This document shows, piece after piece, positions 56,796 through 64,000 of a DNA stretch of 64,000 nucleotides. The notes under the pieces are model-generated. The model was not told the origin of the DNA. It worked only from the letters and a program-made list of their open reading frames with translations, and did no database searches. Every line of letters starts with the position of its first letter. Positions within the stretch are counted from its first letter, which is position 1. The position numbers and the translations under genes are program-made. The stretch comes from Actinomycetes bacterium (GTDB lineage Bacteria > Actinomycetota > Acidimicrobiia > Acidimicrobiales > JAMCPL01), in NCBI GenBank assembly GCA_021841005.1, contig JAKBVZ010000010.1:6302-70301 (forward strand). Reading direction: 5' to 3'.

Positions 56796-58211
56796 ATGGA
56801 AAGTTTCAGCGATCCGTCTGGTTCCCAGGATGCCCGTATTGAATCGGACTCTATGGGGACCATCGAAGTACCCAAGATACGCTACTGGGGGGCACAGACG
56901 CAGCGGTCACTTATACATTTTTCAATCGGCGATGACACGATGCCGCGATCTGTCATAAGGGCGATCGGAGTCCTCAAGGAAGCGGCGGCCGCTACCAACC
57001 GGGACCTCGGCAAGCTCGATAACCATATTGCGGATCTGATCATCCAGGCATCTGGGGAAGTACGCAACGGCATCCTCGATGACCATTTCCCTCTGCATAT
57101 ATGGCAAACCGGAAGCGGTACCCAGACCAACATGAACGCCAACGAGGTGATATCCAATCGGGCCATAGAGCTTGCCGGCGGAGTGCTCGGCTCCAAGGCG
57201 CCGATCCACCCGAATGATCACGTAAACATGTCTCAATCCTCTAACGATACATTCCCGACAGCCATGCATATCGCTGCGGCTGAAGAGATTGTGCACAAGC
57301 TGCTGCCCAGCGTAGCTGCGCTGAAAGACGCACTTGCGGCCAAATCCGAGATGTGGATGGATATCGTCAAGATAGGGCGTACCCACCTGATGGATGCGGT
57401 ACCTCTTACGCTGGGCCAGGAGATCTCTGGATATGCCGCACAACTCGTAGCCAGCATCGATCGTGTACGCGGTAGCCTGGATGGCCTCTACGAACTCGCC
57501 ATCGGCGGGACCGCTGTCGGCACTGGACTCAATACTCACCCGGAATTTGGAGAGAGGGTTGCAAGCCACATAGCTCGCATTACTGGATTACCATTCGTGA
57601 GCGCTCCCAACAAGTTCGCATCCCTTGCAGCTCATGATGCCCTGGTGCATACCAGCTCCACCCTGCGGACGCTTGCGGTGTCGCTCATGAAGATAGCAGA
57701 TGACATCAGGTGGCTCGCATCGGGTCCTCGCTGCGGCATAGGCGAACTCCGCCTACCCCCGAACGAACCTGGTTCATCCATCATGCCAGGCAAGGTCAAC
57801 CCTACCCAATGCGAGGCAATGATCATGGTCTGCATACAAGTCATGGGCAACGACACGGCAGTGGCAGTGGCGGGCAGCAGGGGTAATCTGGAGCTGAACG
57901 TCTGCAAACCAGTCATGATACATAACGTGATCCACTCCATCACAATCCTCTCAGATGCCTGCGACACTTTCAGACGTTTCGCAGTAGAGGGGATGGAGCC
58001 CAATCTGGACAGGATACAGCAACATCTCACCCATTCGCTTATGCTGGTTACTGCACTGAACCCGTATATCGGCTACGACAAGGCAGCAGAGGTCGCCAAG
58101 AAGGCCGACCGGGAGGGAATCACGCTAAGGGAATCATGCACTGCATTGGGATATATGTCGCCGGAAGAATTTGACAGGGCGGTACGTCCCGAAGAAATGG
58201 TGCATCCATAG
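56796..58211 (+). CDS. fumC: Class II fumarate hydratase
   Basis: Signature [14 protein letters not shown] 56796 is preceded by AGGAGG. Confidence 0.95.
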   Translation: MESFSDPSGSQDARIESDSMGTIEVPKIRYWGAQTQRSLIHFSIGDDTMPRSVIRAIGVLKEAAAATNRDLGKLDNHIADLIIQASGEVRNGILDDHFPLHIWQTGSGTQTNMNANEVISNRAIELAGGVLGSKAPIHPNDHVNMSQSSNDTFPTAMHIAAAEEIVHKLLPSVAALKDALAAKSEMWMDIVKIGRTHLMDAVPLTLGQEISGYAAQLVASIDRVRGSLDGLYELAIGGTAVGTGLNTHPEFGERVASHIARITGLPFVSAPNKFASLAAHDALVHTSSTLRTLAVSLMKIADDIRWLASGPRCGIGELRLPPNEPGSSIMPGKVNPTQCEAMIMVCIQVMGNDTAVAVAGSRGNLELNVCKPVMIHNVIHSITILSDACDTFRRFAVEGMEPNLDRIQQHLTHSLMLVTALNPYIGYDKAAEVAKKADREGITLRESCTALGYMSPEEFDRAVRPEEMVHP

Positions 58212-58462
58212 CGTAGGATAGTACTGTACTACGATATAAAGTAAACTTGAGATATTGTGATTGCCTTACAGCGGGGCCGCAAGATATCGCAAGATATAGG
58301 TTGACCGGGTTAACGGCCGGGGGTTCCGACCGACGCTCCTGGATGCTGCTGACAATACCCGCAACTGATCCGATACGGATTGGCTGCTCCGCTCGTCGCG
58401 GATCATTGAATGCATGAGAACGCAAGCCCCGCCTGTAAGGGCGGTGAGGCTCACCGGTCGCA

Positions 58463-61400
58463 CTAGCCCTGCTTGCACTTACCGGAAGGCGGGGCAGGAG
58501 TACCCGTGGTCTGCAGATTGTTGGTATTGTACAAATCGTGGTGCGACATTGGCCAAGGACCGTTGCTCGCGCAGCTACTGGTGGAGGACTTCCACACAAA
58601 CAGATAACCCTCTCTGGTACCCGCTGCAAGGACTTTATATCCAAGGTCACCGAAGGATCCGAATGTGGGGCTGTTCACCATCCAGCCACCGGTGAACTTG
58701 GGATAACCAGGTGCCGCCTCGCCCTTGACATTCACAGCCCTCACGTCATACAGGCTAGATCCCTCCACGATATATGGTCCTGAATGTCCAGGCACCAGAT
58801 TGGCGACTACCGGCTGATCAAAGAACTCCATGTCGTTGACAGTGGCAGGAAATCCGTGCAGCATCTGTCCAGTACCGGCGTTCCAGCCATCAAGCTGAGA
58901 TACATGAGGTGACTGGTTCGCCGGCAGTGCCTCATCGAGACCCCTGCCCAGGCTGAGCGCAGGAGCAAACATGTCTAACCCGCTTGATCGACCCTTGCTA
59001 CCGGTACTCTCTCCCAGGTCAGCAAAGGATGGTGACCCCAAGGCTGGGAGGCTCAAGGAAAGCATCGCCTGGATACTTGCGCCCTTTGCGGCAGCGCTGC
59101 CCGGTGTCGCAAAACCCATGACATTGGGCTGACCCGATGTCGTACCAAGCGCTGAAGTGCCATTGGACCTGAGCAAGTATGCCGGGCCCGTAGTTGCAAT
59201 CACACCAACATCCAGGGGAGGGTCCGGCGCGGTACCATTTGTAGGTGCTATCGAACCGGATGGAGCAGTCGACCCGGAAGTGCCGGGCAGAACGTTGGAT
59301 GCAGCGGCAAGGGCCGGACTGCCGACGATCCCGTCTCCGACATCCGGAAGTACTCCAGGCGTCAGATCGGCTACAGCCACCGGCCACCCGGGCAGGAATG
59401 CCCCCGGGTTGGGAAATCCTGGCGGGTCCGGGCTAGTGCGGGAAGCAGGATGAAGTGACCCATTGGGATACACTGCATAGACCATAGAGTTGCCGGCATC
59501 CGAGAGCAGCCCAGTAAGCTTCAGCAGTCCATCCAGAGTACCAAGATTAGCATCCGGCAATCCCCTGTACTGCTCGTTGGAACCCAGAACCAAGTCGGGC
59601 GGTCCCGATCCGCCATCGAGATTGCCTACAGCAGGCGTATCCATGAGCTTGGTACCCTGCATCACATTGGAGGAAGCCAGAAAAGTGATCTGGTTGCTTA
59701 CCGGATTGACACTGGCCACCTTGGCAGCGTCGACCACCAGCACCGGAAATCCCGGAGCTGGGCTACCGTCAGGCTGCCATGCATAGAGGTGGCGATCCAT
59801 GCCTGATGCAACGATGTCGAGCTGACCGTTGCCTTGCAGGTCGGCCAGTGCCGCGGCCGAGAAAATCCCCCGCTGAACCCTATTGCTCGGGTTGGCAACC
59901 CCTGGTGCCGAAAAAGCAGGGTCGGTCTTGACCGGAAAATGTGGAAGCAACTTACCCTGCGCATTCCAAGCATAGACACCACCTGCCCAGGTAGTGGCCA
60001 CAATGTCCAGGCAGCTGCCATTTGGACTCGCCTCATGAAGGCACGGAGCGGAGGCATCGGCAAGATCGCCAACCCCAAGACCTCCGCCCAGGTCAAGTAA
60101 TTCGCTATGTGGTGGTGCAACGGCTCCAGAACTGTATGCAGCCTCCTGAAGATGCACTCCCCTATCCAGACCAGTTGCAACCGGCCACCCCGGAAGTTCC
60201 TTCCCGTCGGGTAGGAGTGCGTGGATATTGCCGTCGGCAGTAGCCACCAGCAGCACGTTCTCAGCGTTAGGCCCTATGGGCGCAAGTGTAGGCGATGTGA
60301 TGATGGAGCTATTGAAATGCACCGGCTTGCCGTAGAGGAGGCTGGAAGTCGAATGTAGGTATGCCGCCCGGCGCGCCATGCCTACCAGGGGGATATTTGA
60401 ATGGTCTTCGACCACTATCCGTACGGTAAAGGTGAACTTATTTGGATCCGACGATCCGTTGCCATTGACTGGACCGCCCTTGAAGCCATCGTGCCTCAGG
60501 GAAGACGGGAAAAGTTTGGCCACCCTATCGAGCGGTATGCGGGCCAACACCCCCTTCCTGATTCCCTTGCCAGAGCCTCCCGTAACCGTGTACCAGCTTG
60601 ACGGTTCAGGCTGCGCACCAATACCCACCTGCACCTGGTAGCTCCAGGGGCACGGAGCGGACGACTGCGACTGACCAGGGCACGCCCTGGTGGTTCCCAT
60701 GAGCCCATGCAGAGTGAGCGTACCTGCTGGCTTGTACAATCCAAACCACGGCATGCCGGTGATCTCCGCTTGGGGTGGTATCCACCCCTTGCTTACCCAG
60801 CGGACCGCCTGGGCCGCATCTATACGACCATAGCCTGTGTAAATATTGAATCCTGGCTGGGTGTGGTACCTGCTGGTTGGAACCGGAGCTGTTACTTTAT
60901 AGTTGTTAGCGGGCCCATACGGAGGAGCGGCTGTCTGGAAGTTCACGCTGCTTGCCGTCATAGTCACAATCTGTTTCACCTCATTTGCCGATAGGGCCAC
61001 TGGATTACCAGTTACGGTCGTGAGACCGGGATAAGGCGATAACTTGTGACGGGCCATTGCGGCATTGGCGGCTGATTCTATTAGCCCAGTAATCCCGGCG
61101 GCTTTTCCAGTGGCTTCCGAGGAGCAAGATTGGCTCTCAACTGCAACCGCGATGTTCGCTCCATAATTGGTACACCCATTCAGATAAAGGTAACTGTCCG
61201 GTGAGAACTTTGTGACAGCGCCGCCCAGCCCAGACTTGGTGACGCTATTCACCACTATCATGTGAGCAAGCGTCGAAGGCTGGTTGTGGTGCTGCGACTC
61301 CTCATCGGCTGCAGAGGCAATCACCGGAACGCCGTGGGCTTGTGCATAATCTACTGCCTGGTGCGCAGTACTTGTCACATCGATGGCGCCCAGTGCCTCC

Positions 61401-62596
61401 TGTACGATGGATGCCCCTGAGTCCACGGCAAAAAGCACTCCCTCCGCGAAGGTATTCCCCGACACTATGAAGGAATCTCCCACCCGGACCGGCAGGATCA
61501 TGCAGTTCGGACACGCGCCGACCTCATGGGAAAGGGAGTTCGCCACACCACTCGAATCTTCAGCCTCGCCGGTGCCATGGTCGTAGTGCACCACGTCATA
61601 AGGGTTGTTGTTGTTGTCAATGAAGTTCCATCCCGAAATGGCTTCGGTAAAACCGGCAGGTCCCGTATGGCCATAGTAGTAGGGGTTCGGGCCACCATCA
61701 GGGAGGGTCGGAGTACCGAATGTCCTAATGAGATCCATGGGTGATATGCCAGTGTATCCATAGTGATCGTATGTATGGCTGGCGCAGAAGTAGCCTCCGT
61801 AATCCTTGGTGATCGCAGCCACCCGGGGATCGTTTGCATACTGGAATACATTGACTATACCTGAGCTGTTCAGATCGTAGGGGTTACTTCCAGCGAACTT
61901 GGCGCCTTCCGCCTGGAGCTGAGCCTTGGTCTTCCCTGCCGCATTCTCCGGTGGCGGCAGGGCCGCTGGATTGATATAGATCTTGCCCACTATGGCAGGA
62001 TCGCACCACTCGATGCCGGAATCCGTAATCCCTATGAGTGTGTAAGGAGAACCGGTGGTAACCTGCCATGCCGTATCCACGCTGTTACCTTTTACCCCAC
62101 AGAGTTCCTGGGGATTGCGATTGATGCGCCCATCCGTCGTACGTGCACTGGACAGCATCCAGCTGCCGCCACTGTCATACCAGTTGGACGGCCTGACCGG
62201 CGGAGACTGCGTAGGCGTATGATCAAACTTGACGGCAGTGGACGGGCTCGTAGCGCCTGCCGGCAGCGGGGGCCACGGGACAGTTCCTGTGAGGCTCCCA
62301 GTCTGGCCGGGTGTAGGAGAATCCGCCGTCTGTGCAGCAGTAGGGACCGGACATGATGATGGGCGATGAGGCATATACCCGGCAGAAGCGGCATCCGGCA
62401 AGGTGGCTTTCGAAAAGCCTGATGCCGATACTGGAGATGTCGAGCAGGCAGCCAGAAGCGTACCCAGTAACGTCATCGACAGCAATGAGGTCAGGGTTGC
62501 GCGCCGCAGCCTGCCGCCGGTGTGAACCGGTTGTGCGCTCAGGCGTGCCCAACCTCTGTGACGCAGCAACGGAACATAAAGCTTCGCTCGTCGCAT
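58463..62596 (-). CDS. Secreted S8 (subtilisin-like) peptidase lipoprotein with C-terminal FG-GAP/VCBS-type repeats
   Basis: ATG 62596 gives a signal peptide with lipobox LLAACS (the ORF is open to 62773). Asp (GITDSGIE), His (YDHGTGE) and Ser (CSSEATGKAAGITGLI) regions are present, with repeated ..GDLxGxGxxDIV.. FG-GAP-like units in the C-terminal half. Confidence 0.75.
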   Translation of the reverse strand: MRRAKLYVPLLRHRGWARLSAQPVHTGGRLRRATLTSLLSMTLLGTLLAACSTSPVSASGFSKATLPDAASAGYMPHRPSSCPVPTAAQTADSPTPGQTGSLTGTVPWPPLPAGATSPSTAVKFDHTPTQSPPVRPSNWYDSGGSWMLSSARTTDGRINRNPQELCGVKGNSVDTAWQVTTGSPYTLIGITDSGIEWCDPAIVGKIYINPAALPPPENAAGKTKAQLQAEGAKFAGSNPYDLNSSGIVNVFQYANDPRVAAITKDYGGYFCASHTYDHYGYTGISPMDLIRTFGTPTLPDGGPNPYYYGHTGPAGFTEAISGWNFIDNNNNPYDVVHYDHGTGEAEDSSGVANSLSHEVGACPNCMILPVRVGDSFIVSGNTFAEGVLFAVDSGASIVQEALGAIDVTSTAHQAVDYAQAHGVPVIASAADEESQHHNQPSTLAHMIVVNSVTKSGLGGAVTKFSPDSYLYLNGCTNYGANIAVAVESQSCSSEATGKAAGITGLIESAANAAMARHKLSPYPGLTTVTGNPVALSANEVKQIVTMTASSVNFQTAAPPYGPANNYKVTAPVPTSRYHTQPGFNIYTGYGRIDAAQAVRWVSKGWIPPQAEITGMPWFGLYKPAGTLTLHGLMGTTRACPGQSQSSAPCPWSYQVQVGIGAQPEPSSWYTVTGGSGKGIRKGVLARIPLDRVAKLFPSSLRHDGFKGGPVNGNGSSDPNKFTFTVRIVVEDHSNIPLVGMARRAAYLHSTSSLLYGKPVHFNSSIITSPTLAPIGPNAENVLLVATADGNIHALLPDGKELPGWPVATGLDRGVHLQEAAYSSGAVAPPHSELLDLGGGLGVGDLADASAPCLHEASPNGSCLDIVATTWAGGVYAWNAQGKLLPHFPVKTDPAFSAPGVANPSNRVQRGIFSAAALADLQGNGQLDIVASGMDRHLYAWQPDGSPAPGFPVLVVDAAKVASVNPVSNQITFLASSNVMQGTKLMDTPAVGNLDGGSGPPDLVLGSNEQYRGLPDANLGTLDGLLKLTGLLSDAGNSMVYAVYPNGSLHPASRTSPDPPGFPNPGAFLPGWPVAVADLTPGVLPDVGDGIVGSPALAAASNVLPGTSGSTAPSGSIAPTNGTAPDPPLDVGVIATTGPAYLLRSNGTSALGTTSGQPNVMGFATPGSAAAKGASIQAMLSLSLPALGSPSFADLGESTGSKGRSSGLDMFAPALSLGRGLDEALPANQSPHVSQLDGWNAGTGQMLHGFPATVNDMEFFDQPVVANLVPGHSGPYIVEGSSLYDVRAVNVKGEAAPGYPKFTGGWMVNSPTFGSFGDLGYKVLAAGTREGYLFVWKSSTSSCASNGPWPMSHHDLYNTNNLQTTGTPAPPSGKCKQG

Positions 62597-62868
62597 GTGC
62601 CAGTGCCAGGATGTAATAGGACACAGACATGCATCGAACGAGTATGGATGCGAGCATAGCCTACCACCCTTACCGACGATCTCACCCCCTGCAATGCCGG
62701 AAGAGCAATTGCAGCCCCGGTAACCCTGCAAACAATGATTATCACCATCTATCGCATGGCCTGCGCTACCCATATGTCAATATCCCTTCTGCCACCAAAG
62801 ACCCCACTCCCACCTATTGGTCATCCTGGAAAACCAGATTTGATTTTATAATTAAATTAAACTACCTG

Positions 62869-63999
62869 TCAACAGCGTGTCCATGATCCAGCCTGCTCTC
62901 TCGCCAACCCCTCGTCAGCAAGGAGCTCCAGGCATAGCGATACCTTGCCAACCGGCCGCCCGGACAGAACAACTACCTCCTCAAGCGTAAGCGGCTGGAA
63001 ACCCAGCTGACCCAGAACGATGAACCGCAAGTCCTGGTCACCACCGTGGCAGCTCGCCTCACCTGCAGCACCCCCTGACTGTACCACCACAATCTTCTTC
63101 TTCTTCTTCGATTTGTCCCGGGAGCCTGACACACTAGGATCTGCCTCCAGGAGGGAAACGACATCAGCAGTTCCACGCACCAGCCTTGCCTTTCCACTTT
63201 GTATCAGCTCATTGCAACCACTCGATGCCGACGAATTGATCGGGCCAGGAACCGCTCCCACTGGCTTGCCTTGACGCAGTGCGTATCCTGCAGTGTGCAG
63301 GGATCCCCCACTGGTATGACTTTCCACTACGATCACAATATCCGACAATGCCGCCATAATCCTGTTTCTCGCTACAAACCGCCACCTCTGTGCCTTGACT
63401 CCAGGCGGGACTTCCGAGATGATCACTCCAGCGTCCCACACGGCATCGAATAGGTCACCGCTTCCCCTGGGGTAGGCAACATCAGGTCCACCGGCTACAA
63501 CAGCCACTGGAAATGCTGTGTGAAAGATATGCCCGGTATGCGCAGAGATACCAGTGGCGGGTGATGGCATGTCTGGGAAAGGTGCAAGAAAGCCCCTATG
63601 CGCAGCAGAATCGATGCCATCCGCAAGTCCTGATACGACTGATATGCCGGCAGTTGCAAGCTCTTTGCCTAACTCGTAGGCAACCTTCATGCCATAAGGG
63701 CTCGCAGCCCTAGTACCCACAGTGCACACCATGGAGGCATTGGCTAGATCTCCGAGACGCTCCTTCCTCCCTCCAACAAATATCACAGCAGGGGCCATCG
63801 GGTCATTTGAAAGCGAAGGTGGATAGCCATCCATGCCAAGCACCTGGACATCCACCGCACTCTCCAAACAACGCTCGCCCAATACCGCCATGCGATCCCG
63901 CCCGCACAATCCTATCCATCGTCCTTGTGGATCAGCCGGATGCCGCCCACCATTTACGCGTTCTGCCGCTTCCTCAGGATCAAAGCCCCCCATGAGCAT
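62869..63999 (-). CDS. dprA: DNA processing protein DprA (may extend beyond the window edge)
   Basis: DprA Rossmann-like core (GLADGIDSAAHRG, VIVVESHTSGGSLHTA) and a C-terminal winged-helix domain. Confidence 0.85.
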   Translation of the reverse strand: MLMGGFDPEEAAERVNGGRHPADPQGRWIGLCGRDRMAVLGERCLESAVDVQVLGMDGYPPSLSNDPMAPAVIFVGGRKERLGDLANASMVCTVGTRAASPYGMKVAYELGKELATAGISVVSGLADGIDSAAHRGFLAPFPDMPSPATGISAHTGHIFHTAFPVAVVAGGPDVAYPRGSGDLFDAVWDAGVIISEVPPGVKAQRWRFVARNRIMAALSDIVIVVESHTSGGSLHTAGYALRQGKPVGAVPGPINSSASSGCNELIQSGKARLVRGTADVVSLLEADPSVSGSRDKSKKKKKIVVVQSGGAAGEASCHGGDQDLRFIVLGQLGFQPLTLEEVVVLSGRPVGKVSLCLELLADEGLAREQAGSWTRC

Positions 64000-64000
64000 C

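Noticed and set aside
58425-58451. A bidirectional terminator hairpin between fumC and the S8 peptidase gene
   Set aside because: The stem is interrupted (5 + 4 bp with a 3-nt bulge) and no U tract follows on either strand. The evidence is too weak to list as a feature.

Overview
The window looks like a core chromosomal region of a moderately GC-rich actinobacterium. That call rests on gene content only (qcrCAB-ctaE, whiB, helD, F420 cofD/cofE, the hemE-hemH-hemY coproporphyrin-type haem genes); no search was possible.

Almost all of it is housekeeping:
- a his operon (hisD-hisC fused, then hisB, hisH, hisA, hisF)
- purine and pyrimidine genes (purF, purM, pyrE, purK, purL)
- the bc1 complex and cytochrome oxidase subunit III
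- NAD salvage as a pncB-pncA fusion
- an ABC-2 exporter, an Lnt-like protein, a paired ArsA-like ATPase locus next to whiB, and an MprF-like protein
- hbd plus a fused acyl-CoA mutase, icd, fumC, nfo and dprA
- a 1.4-kaa secreted S8 peptidase with FG-GAP repeats
- three tRNAs: Ser-CGA, Pro-TGG and Phe-GAA

There are no rRNA genes, cas genes, transposases, integrases or recognisable defence genes.

The most unusual signal is a set of six loci built as [direct repeat][short insert][same direct repeat]. The period is nearly constant at 71-75 bp, made of a 30-37 bp duplication and a 35-42 bp insert.
- Four inserts carry the same GC-rich hairpin, GCTGCGGC-CACTAT-GCCGCAGC. One of these copies has a compensatory stem change.
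- A fifth hairpin copy has no flanking duplication.
- One event lies in frame inside purF, one duplicates the 3' end of tRNA-Pro, and one duplicates an overlapping stop/start junction.

This looks like insertion with an exceptionally long target-site duplication. The mechanism is unknown, and the geometry resembles Cas1-Cas2 spacer integration.

Secondary observations:
- many short in-frame or stop-codon-spanning tandem duplications
- an Lnt-like protein with Ser in place of the catalytic Cys
- an orphan Rhs core remnant beside an AT-richer cluster of secreted proteins
- two unexplained conserved non-coding motifs
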